Of a stretch of DNA of 64,000 nucleotides, positions 29,720-43,000 are shown one piece after another. The notes under the pieces were generated by a model. It saw only the letters and a program-made list of their open reading frames with translations. It ran no database searches and had not been told where the DNA came from. Each line of letters starts with the position of its first letter. Position 1 is the first letter of the stretch. A program made the position numbers and the translations under genes. Source of the stretch: Macrostomum lignano (Eukaryota); assembly GCA_002269645.1 (NCBI GenBank), contig NIVC01000106.1, forward strand, positions 186,001-250,000, read 5' to 3'.

Positions 29720-30510
29720 CAGAGACAGGGACGCCCACAAAGAGACAGGGGCGCCCACCAAGAGACAGGGGCGCTCACCAAGAGACAGGGGCGCCAACCA
29801 AGAGACAGGGGCGCTCACCAAGAGACAGGAGCGCCCACAAAGAGACAGGGGCGCCAACAAAGAGACAGGGGCGCCAACCAAGAGACAGGGGCGCCCACAA
29901 AGAGACAGGGGCGCCCACCAAGAGACAGGGGCGCCCACCAAGAGACAGGGACGCCAACCAATAAACAGGGGCGCCAACCAAGAGACAGGGGCGCCCACCA
30001 AGAGACAGGGGCGCCCACAAAGAGACAGGGGCGCCCACAAAGAGACAGGGGTGCCCAATAAGAGACAGGGGCGCCCACCAAGACACAGGGGCGCCCACAA
30101 AGAGACAGGGGCGCCCACCAAGAGACAGGGGCGCCAACAAAGAGACAGGGGCGCCAACCAATAAACAGGGGCGCCAACCAAGAGACAGGGGCGCCCACCA
30201 AGAGACAGGGGCGCCCACAAAGAGACAGGGGCGCCCACAAAGAGACAGGGGTGCCCAATAAGAGACAGGGGCGCCCACCAAGACACAGGGGCGCCAACAA
30301 AGAGACAGGGGCGCCAACCAAGAGACAGGGACGCCAACCAATAAACAGGGGCGCCCACCAAGAGACAGGGGCGCCCACAAAGAGACAGGGGCGCCCACAA
30401 AGAGACAGGGGCGCCCACAAAGAGACAGGGGCGCCCATCAAGAGACAGGGGCGCCAACCAAGAGACAGGGGCGCCAACCAAGAGACAGGTGCACCAACCA
30501 AGACACCATA
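29720..30510 (+). repeat. 20-bp GGCGCC-containing minisatellite, about 39 copies
   Basis: AAGAGACAGGGGCGCC(C/A)AC(C/A). Confidence 0.97.
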
Positions 30511-30916
30511 TACTGGCGCCCCTCAGTGTCGTGGCCCTCTGCAAATAAAATTGCTGCATACGCTACTGATTTATTAAAGGTTACACTTGATTTTGCTTAC
30601 AAATGCACAGGCAATATGAGTTATTTTCAGTTTTTTAGCACTAAATTGTCTGTAACTCTCGCATTTAGTGCTTTTAATACGCATGCTTGTAGTCGAGGCA
30701 ACACAAACTATTTTTTATTATCAAAAGTTCTGAGCAGACGTCTTAGCAGTACTTTAATAACTCTTAAACAATACAAGCAGAAAGCAGGAGAGTAGAGAAT
30801 AATTTGGAAAAAAAGAAAAAATGATCAATAAATTGTGCGCATTGTGCAAAGCTTTAAAAATTCAAAATTCATTTGAAAATAAATGTGTACATATCTTTCA
30901 AAAATGATCTGTAGCT

Positions 30917-31147
30917 TGCGGGGAGTCTCAAGGTCAGAAGATGGGGTGCGGGGACTCTCAAGGTCAGGAGATGGGGTACGTGCGGGAGTCTCAAGGTCAG
31001 GAGATAGGGTGCGGAAATCTCAAGGTCAGGAGATGGGGTGCGGGAGTCTCAAGGTCAGGAGATAGGGTGCGGAAATCTCAAGGTCAGGAGATGGGGTGCG
31101 GGAGTCTCAAGGTCAGGAGATGGGGTACGGGGAGTCTCAAGGTCAGG
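30917..31147 (+). repeat. Second short copy of the 30-bp minisatellite found at 23114-25033
   Basis: GTCTCAAGGTCAGGAGAT(G/A)GGGTGCGG, about 8 copies, with a shared 3' flank. Confidence 0.92.
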
Positions 31148-31416
31148 TGACGGGATGTCAGGACCTAGAATGAGGGTGCATTTACCTTATAAACAGGTCA
31201 CGTCTTAGATAATTTATAAACTAATAGAAAATAATGAGTAAGAAATTACAAAGTGGCCCAACATAAATCACAATGTCCCGGCCCCTCAACACGCGTAAAA
31301 TACGGCTTTTTACGCAGAATTTTTATCAGTTACAGTGTATGTACATGGAGGTCCAAGCAAAAGCGGCCTATGGTTAGTAAAAAATATCAAAGTTTTTTTT
31401 TAACTTAATCTCATTT

Positions 31417-32914
31417 TCATTTCTTCTTCTTAGCAGCCGCCGCGGCGGATTGCTGCTTTCTAGCCGATTCAATCGTTGCTTTGTTAATCTCTTCGTCAGA
31501 TCGCTGCAGCTGGGCTGACACGCTCGCTTGCAGCTGACCCATCTCCTTTTTTAGGCGCTCGCGGATCAACCGTTTAAGGGCGCTCATGGAGTCCGTGTCG
31601 GAATCGAACTGCAAACCATCTGGGTTGGAGTCGCCGACAATCAGAGCGGGTGCTTGGTCGGATACTTCTAGTTGTTTCTCGTCTGAAATGGGCAAAATAA
31701 TTAAATTGAATTTTTATTAATTTGTTTAAAATCACTTAATTTGTTTTAAACTACTGAAAACGTTAAACTAAATGCAATTAAAGCATACCAAAATATGTCT
31801 TATATGAGTTATTTACAATAAATCCAAGCCTTCACTATAGAATATTGCGACACAATTAAAACAATTTTTTTTCCAATTTCTTAAATTATAATTACTACTC
31901 ATATGTTGCTTCAAGTGATTTTTTGTTTCATTTTGAATCCTTAGAATAAAATTTAAAATGATAAAAAAAAAGAATGGTATAGAATTTCATTACTTCTAAA
32001 TTATTTTGCTAAACTGTTTCCTAACTAATAAATATTTAAGATTTTCAATGCACTTCCATGCAATTATAATAACTTTTTAAAGTGTGGCTCCAATAAGAAG
32101 TGAGTTGAATATTTTTATATTTTAAAATAAATACATACTGTCTGTTCTGTCTGCCTGTGTTAGAATCTTAGAATATAAACCTAGAAGCTTAAGAATTTAA
32201 ACATTCAAAGTAAATAGAGTGCTTCTAACATTATACATAAAAACACACGAGCTATCTATTATACAGGTAATGCTTACCATCTTCAGCAGTAAATCTGTCC
32301 TCATTTTGCTGAGTCCTTGACGAATCCTGATCGAACGCATCAGCCATCGTACTCTGGCTATTCTTGCCTGACTCCCTTGACGAATTGGGAAATGCTGTAT
32401 AATTAATAGTCAAATCCAGCTGCACCTGCGGATTGAACACGTATTTGTACATCTTAAAGTGACGAAAGTAGCTGTCAATAAAGTAATTTGACACAGCAGT
32501 GGCCTCTTGCGGTGAGAAAATTCCGAGACTAAATGGTGGGCGATGCACAGAGTGGCAGAGTATCAAATCCTTGAGAAATTCTAGCGTCTCTTTAATATTG
32601 CCAAAAGGGGTTTCAATGGCCATCTCGTGGATCTGCTTCAGTATGGAGAGAAAGCATGACGTTTTCTCACTATTGAAATTGTATTCTTTGCAAAACTGTA
32701 CAGCATAGTAAAACATGTCCAGCACGATAGTGCCTCTTCCATCAGAATCTTCTCTGATTCCAAAAGTTTCTATAATGAATGCTCTAGTGTCTTCAACCGT
32801 AGAGAGTCGTAGGACATAATCGGTTTCAGCAACACCGATGTCTCTCCATACAGATGCCTTTGCCTTTTTAGTTCTTGGAACAGGAATGACTGGAATAACT
32901 TCTCCGTCTGACAT
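31417..32914 (-). CDS. CFAP119: Cilia/flagella central-apparatus protein CFAP119 (CCDC189; CLAMP/C1a-32 domain), about 300 aa
   Basis: Exons 32914-32278 and 31682-31417 (phase 1). Motifs VLDMFYYAVQFC, TPFGN, HSVHRPPFS..IF, YFRHFKMYKYVF.PQVQLDL and a C-terminal coiled coil. Confidence 0.93.
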
Positions 32915-34097
32915 TATTTTTCAGAGTTCAAAATAATCTGCCTTTTTAGCCAAGACAACGTTTTCTTTTCGAAACGTCGGACTTTACAATCTTGACTTGA
33001 TTAAAATGTACAACCGCCATGCATGTTAAATTATAAAACCTAGCAATTCTCAGGGTTAACAAAGTACGGTCATTGTATGCTTTAAATAGTTTTAGTTTCT
33101 TCTTTAAACCTCAGTGTTTTCTTTTTAAAAAGTTTCTAAAGCATTTTAAAATTAGGTAGTAATTTTTGTTTTAAATTACTTAATAACGGAGCCTTTCCTA
33201 CATATTTTGTTCCATCGGTACTGCGTTTTAGAAATTTATATGCCTGTTCAAAACCATCTATAAGTATGTTTGTAATAAAATTCTAGAACTGCGAAATGCT
33301 GTGGCTTCGCTAGACGTTTTAAGAGTCTTAAAGTTAAGAGTTTTAAGAGCTGAATTTATTTGGGATATTCCCAAAACAGTGACCGCAGCTTTTTTAGCAC
33401 GCTTCAACATCAATACTCTCATAAAGCATAGTTTTATTAAGAATGAATAATTTTAAATTTGTAAGTCCTTAACATTAACAATTAAATAGTTAAAGTACTT
33501 CATGGTTTAATTCCACGAATCTTAATTATTTAGTTATAAGCCCTTATAAATTCTGTCTCGATCTCGACGATCTGCACTGACCAGCAAAAGTGATTCAATA
33601 AAGTTTAACTGTACTGGTAGAAAAATTTTTACTTTTTAATATTTTTAATACTTTGTGTATTAATTGATTCATTAAATGACAGGATAAAATACGTCAATTT
33701 AAAATACGAGTAAAGGCGCCAGAAGAATTTAAAATATTACGAGGATATGAATCCGGAATTTAAAGGTTGCACCTCTTGTTCACTTAGAAAGATATGACAG
33801 TGTTAAAAAATTCTTAATTTTTGTGCAGCAGCTGTGTGTGAAAAAAAAAACAGGATAAAATAAGCAGTTATCGTACAGTATTAAAAATCAAGAATATTTA
33901 TAACTAAATAATGTTTAGTTAAACATAGAGCTGTTTTGTTGAACTCGAGCTGTTGAAGTCAAGAATGAGTATGCAAGACAAGGATGATTCGATGTTATAT
34001 CAATGCAAAATATAGAATAAGGTTCAACATAATTTTTTAGCAAACAAAGCTGTACGAGTGTAAATATTGTTTGCATTTATTCAGAATTGGGTCAACT

Positions 34098-37000
34098 TTA
34101 AATAATTGCCACGGGAACTAACTGGCTCTGCTGGCGCTGCATCTCCGGCAATTGCAACTTCGCCATCGTCAACCGTTTTCGCTGCTTCTGGACGCCCTCC
34201 GCAATCTCCGCGGAGTCGCCGCTGCTGTCAGCCTGATCGCAGCCAGACGCCTCGCCGCCGCGCTGTTCATCGACGTCGTTATCAACAGCAGGGGCCGGTG
34301 CTCGCGGATGCCCCGGCGCTCGGCGTAGCTTCGCCTTCACTGGGCGTCGGGTCACGTAGCGACTGCCATCTGGACGGCGCTTGACCACCCACTCGGTGTT
34401 GGTGGCCACTTGCTGATGCTGCTGCGGCGGCAGCGGCGGAGGCGGTGGAGGTGGCGGCTGATGCTGTTGTGAAGCTGGCGGCAGACCTTTAGTACCCATT
34501 CGCGGTACGTGTCCTCGAGAAGGCCTCGCTCGCGACGTCATTGCTGCTGGATTAGCGGGCGCTTTCGGCTCCTCTATCGTCGCTACATCGTAAACAGCGT
34601 AGTTGCTATAGAAACGACTGTCGTCAGTCGACGGTGAAGAATTGCTAAACGATGGCGAGCATCCAGGGCTCGGCCTGGCAACCAGCAGGTTGACTGTGCG
34701 GCCGGACTCGGTGAACAGCCTGACGGTCTGGTCGCGCGACAGAACCGGCTGTCCGTTGATTCGGACAATCCGATCGCCTACCCGAATGCTGGGCAGGGCA
34801 GCGGCCGCGGGGCTGCCCGACTCAACGCTTTCAACGAAGACGTCCGAACTGGCGGGACCTTCAGAAGGAGGCCGTTGACTATAGAATAGAGTCAGACCGA
34901 GCTTCTGACTGTATGATGGACTTCGATGGATAGTGACCTCCTGACAGTGTGATGGTTGCAGAGTATATACCCTTGTGTGCCATATCAGTTACGCTGATGT
35001 AATTAAAAACGAATTTGCTACCTCACTAATCTGATTTGTATTTTGACGCAATGCCTTGCCGATACTTGTGAAAGAAATCGACCTTTTCTAATCTAATTTA
35101 TGGTATTCCCGACCTTGAGCCAGTGATATTCCCGACCTTGAGCCAGTGATATTCCCGACCTTGAGCCAGTGATATTCCCGACCTTGAGCCAGTGATATTC
35201 CCGACCTTGAGCCAGTGATATTCCCGACCTTGAGCCAGTGATATTCCCGACCTTGAGCCAGTGATATTCCCAATTAATATTGCCAATAATATTTAAGATT
35301 TTACAGCAGCAAAAATCCTTAACCGAACCTGATAATCGGACGTCTCCCGATCAGCCAGCTGGTACAGCTGTTCGACAGCATCGCCCAGAATGAGATCCTG
35401 ACTGCTGCTAGACAGACACAGGGGCTGCCTGAACCCTGGCCTGTCAAGGTGCTGCAGATGCTGCCGGCGCTGCTGCGCTGTCTCGGACTCCGGCAGCGGA
35501 GCTGAGGCCAAACAGCGCAGCCTGCGGTGATGATGCAGTGGTTTTGTTATCGTCGCGTTCTCCAACGTCGGAGGCGCCGGCAGCGGCTTCGTCGGCGGTG
35601 GGGGAATCTTCAACGGGGGCAGATTGCCAGCTTGGCCCCACGACTGAGCCGCTGCTGTTGGTCGCTGACGGGCCACTTGAACAATGATTGGCTCCTGGGC
35701 TGTGCTAAATGCTTCCAAAGCTTCTTCTTGGGTTGCCTGGCTGAGGTCTTTGCCGTTCACCTGTGCGTGCGGTTGTGCAGTTCCAATTTTGAGTGGAGTT
35801 TTGGGAGGCGAAAAAGAGTAGGCGCCAAAGGGAAATAGAGGCGCCAAAGTGGAGGCGCCACATGGGAGGCTCAGAGAGGAGGCGCCAAAGAGGAAGGAAG
35901 GCGCCAAAGAGGAAGGAAGGCGCCAAAGAGGAAGGGAGGCGCCAAAGAGGAAGGAAGGCGCCAAAGAGGAAGGGAGGCGCCAAAGAGGGAGGGAGGCGCT
36001 AAAGAGGGGAGGCGCCAAAGGAGGGAGGCGCCAAAGGAGGGAGGCGCTAAAGAGGGAGGCGCCAAAGGAGGGAGGCGCGAAAGGGGGGAGGGCAAAGAGG
36101 AAGCGTCAAAGCAAGAGGCTCATTGGCAGATTAAATATGCAAATATTTGTCCAGAAGTGCACGCATCGGTGCCAGAAAGTCACAGAAAGCCTCTACCCTC
36201 CAGTCATTCCAGTCTTTCGATTTCACAAGTTCAAACTTTCTCCACGATAAGAATAGTGAATTTTTTGAGCTGGGCAAAAGTGATTAGCAAGCTTGCGAAT
36301 CGCCCACCTCCATTCTGTATCCAGTGTAAGCTCAGCTATCCGATTAATTATTTGTTTATGATGTTGAACTGCTCTGGCTTGGTTGGGCTATGCAGGTGTG
36401 AAAATATAATTAGATATGAATAGGGCGGGCAGTTGAGTGCAGAGAGAGGTCTTATTGGGCTACGCTCGCGTACAGAGTGAGTACGAAAGAAAGACATCAA
36501 AGAGATGCCGCCGCCACCCAGTTGATAAAAGTCTCAGCTATCTGAATAGCGTTGGGTAGATCAAAGGATGATTGATCTACTATGGCGAATTACTAAGGTT
36601 TCATAAGCTCATACTTAACTGTAGTTAGCCTATTCGAGAAATTTACGATATGAAGCAGCTGGAGCGATGTAAACTGTGATAAACTCCCGGTGTAAACTGT
36701 GATAAAATACCGGTGTAAACTGTGATATTAAACTCAAGGTGTAAACTGTGATAAAATACCGGTGTAAACTGTGATAAAATACCGGTGTAAACTGTGATAT
36801 TAAACTCCCGGTGTAAACTGTGATATTAAACTCCCGGTGTAAACTGTGATATTAAACTCCCGGTGTAAACTGTGATATTAAACTCCGGTGTAAACTGTGA
36901 TATTAAACTCCCGGTGTAAACTGTGATATTAAACTCCGGTGTAAACTGTGATATTAAACTCCGGTGTAAACTGTGATATTAAACTCCCGATGTAAACTGT

Positions 37001-40000
37001 GATAAACTCCCGGTGTAAACTGTGATAAACTCCCGGTGTAAACTGTGATAAACTCCCGGTGTAAACTGTGATAAACTCCCGGTGTAAACTGTGATAAAAT
37101 ACCGGTGTAAACTGTGATATTAAACTCCCGGTGTAAACTGTGATAAAACACCGGTGTAAACTGTGATATTAAACTCCGGTGTAAACTGTGATATTAAACT
37201 CCGGTGTAAACTGTGATATTAAACTCCCGATGTAAACTGTGATAAACTCCCGGTGTAAACTGTGATAAACTCCCGGTGTAAACTGTGATAAACTCCCGAT
37301 GTAAACTGTGATAAACTCCCGGTGTAAACTGTGATAAACTCCCGGTGTAAACTGTGATAAAATCCCGGTGTAAACTGTGATATTAAACTCCGGTGTAAAG
37401 TGTGATATTAAACTCCGGTGTAAACTGTGATATTAAACTCCGGTGTAAACTGTGATAAACTCCCGGTGTAAACTGTGATAAACTCTCGGTGTAAACTGTG
37501 ATAAACTCCCGATGTAAACTGTGATAAACTCCCGGTGTAAACTGTGATATTAAACTCCCGGTGTAAACTGTGATAAACTCCCGGTGTAAACTGTGATAAA
37601 CTCCCGGTGTAAACTGTGATAAACTCCCGATGTAAACTGTGATATTAAACTCCCGATGTAAACTGTGATAAACTCCCGGTGTAAACTGTGATAAACTCCC
37701 GATGTAAACTGTGATAAACTCCCGGTGTAAACTGTGATAAACTCCCGGTGTAAACTGTGATAAACTCCCGGTGTAAACTGTGATAAACTCCCGGTGTAAA
37801 CTGTGATAAACTCCCGGTGTAAACTGTGATAAACTCCCGATGTAAACTGTGATAAACTCCCGATGTAAACTGTGATAAACTCCCGGTGTAAACTGTGATA
37901 AACTCCCGGTGTAAACTGTGATAAACTCCCGATGTAAACTGTGATAAACTCCCGGTGTAAACTGTGATAAACTCCCGATGTAAACTGTGATAAACTCCCG
38001 GTGTAAACTGTGATAAACTCCCGGTGTAAACTGTGATAAACTCCCGGTGTAAACTGTGATATTAAACTCCCGGTGTAAACTGTGATATTAAACTCCCGGT
38101 GTAAACTGTGATATTAAACTCCGGTGTAAACTGTGATATTAAACTCCCGGTGTAAACTGTGATATTAAACTCCGGTGTAAACTGTGATATTAAACTCCGG
38201 TGTAAACTGTGATATTAAACTCCCGATGTAAACTGTGATAAACTCCCGGTGTAAACTGTGATAAACTCCCGGTGTAAACTGTGATAAACTCCCGGTGTAA
38301 ACTGTGATAAACTCCCGGTGTAAAATGTGATAAAATACCGGTGTAAACTGTGATATTAAACTCCCGGTGTAAACTGTGATAAAACACCGGTGTAAACTGT
38401 GATATTAAACTCCGGTGTAAACTGTGATATTAAACTCCGGTGTAAACTGTGATATTAAACTCCCGATGTAAACTGTGATAAACTCCCGGTGTAAACTGTG
38501 ATAAACTCTCGGTGTAAACTGTGATAAACTCCCGATGTAAACTGTGATAAACTCCCGGTGTAAACTGTGATAAACTCCCGGTGTAAACTGTGATAAAATC
38601 CCGGTGTAAACTGTGATATTAAACTCCGGTGTAAAGTGTGATATTAAACTCCGGTGTAAACTGTGATATTAAACTCCGGTGTAAACTGTGATAAACTCCC
38701 GGTGTAAACTGTGATAAACTCTCGGTGTAAACTGTGATAAACTCCCGATGTAAACTGTGATAAACTCCCGGTGTAAACTGTGATATTAAACTCCCGGTGT
38801 AAACTGTGATAAACTCCCGGTGTAAACTGTGATAAACTCCCGGTGTAAACTGTGATAAACTCCCGGTGTAAACTGTGATAAACTCCCGATGTAAACTGTG
38901 ATATTAAACTCCCGATGTAAACTGTGATAAACTCCCGGTGTAAACTGTGATAAACTCCCGATGTAAACTGTGATAAACTCCCGGTGTAAACTGTGATAAA
39001 CTCCCGGTGTAAACTGTGATAAACTCCCGGTGTAAACTGTGATAAACTCCCGGTGTAAACTGTGATAAACTCCCGGTGTAAACTGTGATAAACTCCCGAT
39101 GTAAACTGTGATAAACTCCCGATGTAAACTGTGATAAACTCCCGGTGTAAACTGTGATAAACTCCCGGTGTAAACTGTGATAAACTCCCGATGTAAACTG
39201 TGATAAACTCCCGGTGTAAACTGTGATAAACTCCCGATGTAAACTGTGATAAACTCCCGGTGTAAACTGTGATAAACTCCCGGTGTAAACTGTGATAAAC
39301 TCCCGGTGTAAACTGTGATAAACTCCCGGTGTAAACTGTGATAAACTCCCGGTGTAAACTGTGATAAACTCCCGGTGTAAATGTGATACAAACTAGATAT
39401 TAACTAGGATAAACACCCATATAAAATAGGATAAACACCCATATAAACTAGGATAAACACCCATGTAAACCAAAGTAAACTTCGAATACAAATTGGGATA
39501 AACTCCAAATACTGGAAAAGCAGCATCACTATTTATGCATATAAAAATTCAAGTGCAAATAAGAGTTAATCAAACGTTAACACCTCTTTTTGGGATAACC
39601 TGATAAAGATGGGTCAAAAGGTCATTTTTCACACCGGAGTAAGTCGTCACGCAAAATGAATTCACCAAATTCTTTCATTAAGATTTTCACTTCTTCTCTT
39701 TTCTTAGTCGCCAGAAAGCAATCTTCAAGCACGACTGCTTCTGAATAGAAATTTCCAAACGTTGGCTCGCACCTGCAACTCTCTGCAAGATTACTCACGG
39801 CCACTAGCCTAGGACTGAGATTGCCCCAGGTTGTTTATTTCCGGTTGGTGACTTGCTCAACCATGAGCTCGGAAAAAAAAATAGTCTTAACTGCGGCATA
39901 TGACTGAGGGGCGTAGGGCTTGCTAACTTTAGGCTTAGATAATTTTAGATCTATAGCATAATCTCGATGTCTATCTCAGTGTCTGTCTCTCCAATCTCAG

Positions 40001-43000
40001 GGTCTATCTCTCCAATCTCAGTGTCTATCGCTCCAATCTCAGTGTCTGTCCCTCCAATCTCAGTGTCTGTCCCTCCAATCTCAGTGTCTATCGCTCCAAT
40101 CTCAGTGTCTGTCCCTCCAATCTCAGTGTCTGTCCCTCCAATCTCAGTGTCCATCTCTCCAATCTCAGTGTCTGTCCCTCCAATCTCAGTGTCTGTCCCT
40201 CTGATCTCATTGTCCATCCCTCCAATCTCAGTGTCTATCTCTCCAATCTCAGTGTCTATCGCTCCAATCTCAGTGTCTATATCGCCAATCTCAGTGTCCA
40301 TCTCTTCAATCTCAGTGTCTGTCCCTCCAATCTCAGTGTCTGTCCCTCCAATCTCAGTGTCTGTCCCTCCAATCTCAGTGTCTATCGCTCCAATCTCAGT
40401 GTCTGTCCCTCCAATCTCAGTGCCTGTCCCTCCAATCTCAGTGTCCATCTCTCCACTCTCAGTGTCTGTCCCTCCAATCTCATTGTCTGTCCCTCCAATC
40501 TCATTGTCCGTCCCTCCAATCTCAGTGACCATCTCTCCAATTACAGTACCTATCTCTCCAATCTCAGTGTCTGTCCCTCCTATCTCAGTGTCTTTCCCTC
40601 CAATCTTAGTGTCTATCGCTCTAATCTGAGTGTCTATCGCTCCAATCTTAGTGTCTATATCTCCAATCTCAGTGCCTATCTCTTCAATCTCAGTGTCTGT
40701 CCCTCCAATCTCAGTCTCTATATCGCCAATCTCAGTGTCTATCGCTCTAATCTCAGTGTCTATCGCTCTAATCTCAGTGTCTATCGCTCCAATCTCAGTG
40801 TCTATATCGCCAATCTCAGTGTCTGTCCCTCCACTCTCAGTGACCATCTCTCCAATCTCAGTGCCTATCTCTCCAATCTCAGTGTCAATCTCTCCAATCT
40901 CATTGTCTGTCTCTCCAATCTCAGTGTCTATCCCTCCAATTTCAGTGTCAATCTCTCCAATCTCAGTGTCTGTCCCTCCGATCTCATTGTCTGTCCCTCC
41001 AATCTCAGTGTCTATCCCTCCAATCTCAGTGCCTACCCCTCCAATCTCAGTGTCTATCCCTCCGATCTCATTGTCTGTCCCTCCAATCTCAGTGTCTATC
41101 CCTCCAATCTCAGTGTCTGTCCCTCCAATCTCAGTGTCTGTCCCTCCAATCTCAGTGTCTATCCCTCCAATCTCAGTGCCTACCCCTCCAATCTCAGTGT
41201 CTATCCCTCCAATCTCAGTGTCTATCCCTCCAATCTCATTGTCCGTCCCTCCAATCTCAGTGCCTATCTGTCCAATCTCAGTGTCCGTCCCTCCAATCTC
41301 AGTGCCTATCTCTCCAATCTCAGTGCCTACCCCTCCAATCTCAGTGTCTGTCCCTCCAATCTCAGTGCCTATCTGTCCAATCTCAGGGTCCATCTCTCCA
41401 ATCTCAATGTCTATTCCTCCAATCTAACCTTTAATCTTCGAAATCTCTACACTTCTATAACAAAATCTACCACTAAATCTCCTTTCTCAGTTCTATTTCT
41501 CAACCACCATGACTCATACAGTTTAACTCAATTAAAAACAGGCAAAAAAGCAGAAAACTCACACTCAAAATGAAGAAATTCATAACAGCCAACCAACTGT
41601 TCTGCTAACGGTAAAGATCCATGGCTGAACAGAAAAGTAGCTCAGGGCCTTGCTAGCATAATTTATTCTTGCTGGACAAGTTCGTGGCAGAATTAACCTT
41701 AAATAGACATTATTAACCTTAACCGTGTTAATTATAGACAGGAACTCAACGGCTCCGAGAGCGATTTTAGCTGAAACTGTCATTGGTTAATAATTCAACT
41801 TTGAGTTAATGCGCTAACCATTCACACCTTTGTAACTAGGCATGCTACTCGTGTTCAGTAGTCAAGTATGCCTATTTGAAGTTTTATTTTATTTATTATA
41901 AATCAGTAGTTCACTTTGCTCATCTTGCCACTCCAATCGTTTTCCAGACTCCAACTGTCTACCTTGTCTACCCCACTGTCTCCCTTGTCTACCCCACTGT
42001 CTCCCTTGTCTACCCCACTGTCTACCTTGTCTACCCCACTGTCTCCCTTGTCCACCCCACTGTCTCCCTTAGCTTACCCCACTGTCTCCCTTGTCTACCC
42101 CACTGTCTCCCTTGTCTACCCCACTGTCTCGCTTGTCTACCCCACTGTCTCCCTTGTCTACCCCACTGTCTCACTTGTCTACCCCACTGTCTCCCTTGTC
42201 TACCCCACTGTCTCCCTTGTCTACCCCACTGTCTCCCTTGTCTACCCCACTGTCTCCCTTGTCCACCCCACTGTCTCCCTTGTCTACCCCACTGTCTCCC
42301 TTGTCTACCCCACTGTCTCCCTTGTCCACCCCACTGTCTCCCTTGTCTACCCCACTGTCTCCCTTGTCTACCCCACTGTCTCCCTTGTCTACCCCACTGT
42401 CTCCCTTGTCCACCCCACTGTCTCCCTTGTCTACCCCACTGTCTCCCTTGTCTACCCCACTGTCTCCCTTGTCCACCCCACTGTCTCCCTTGTCTACCCC
42501 ACTGTCTCCCTTGTCCACCCCACTGTCTCCCTTGTCTACCCCACTGTCTCCCTTGTCTACCCCACTGTCTCCCTTGTCTACCCCACTGTCTCCCTTGCCT
42601 ACCCCCCTGCGAAACATTTTACCGTCCATCCGACTGCGACTGCATCATTTAAACTGCCATAAAACGTTCGCTCCAATCCGTGTCGACAAACAGAGACTGA
42701 ACTGAATGGTATTGTAGAAAGAAATAAAATCTTGGATGGATTTTTGCCAATTCCTCTTCTAATTGCTCCCTGCGTTTAAACGCGCGGGACTCCCGAGTGG
42801 AAAATTAGGCCGCTTTGTTCAAAGAAACGATTATAAAAATTCGAATTCACCCCCTCCCGCCTTAAGGGGAACCAGTAGCGTCAGCAGCGGCGATAAATGT
42901 TGCCATTGTAAAAATGGGGCACCATAAACCGCCGCCCCCTTTAGACACAGAGCAGCCAAAAGATCGTACAAAAACTAAACCCACACGTGTCCATTCGGTT

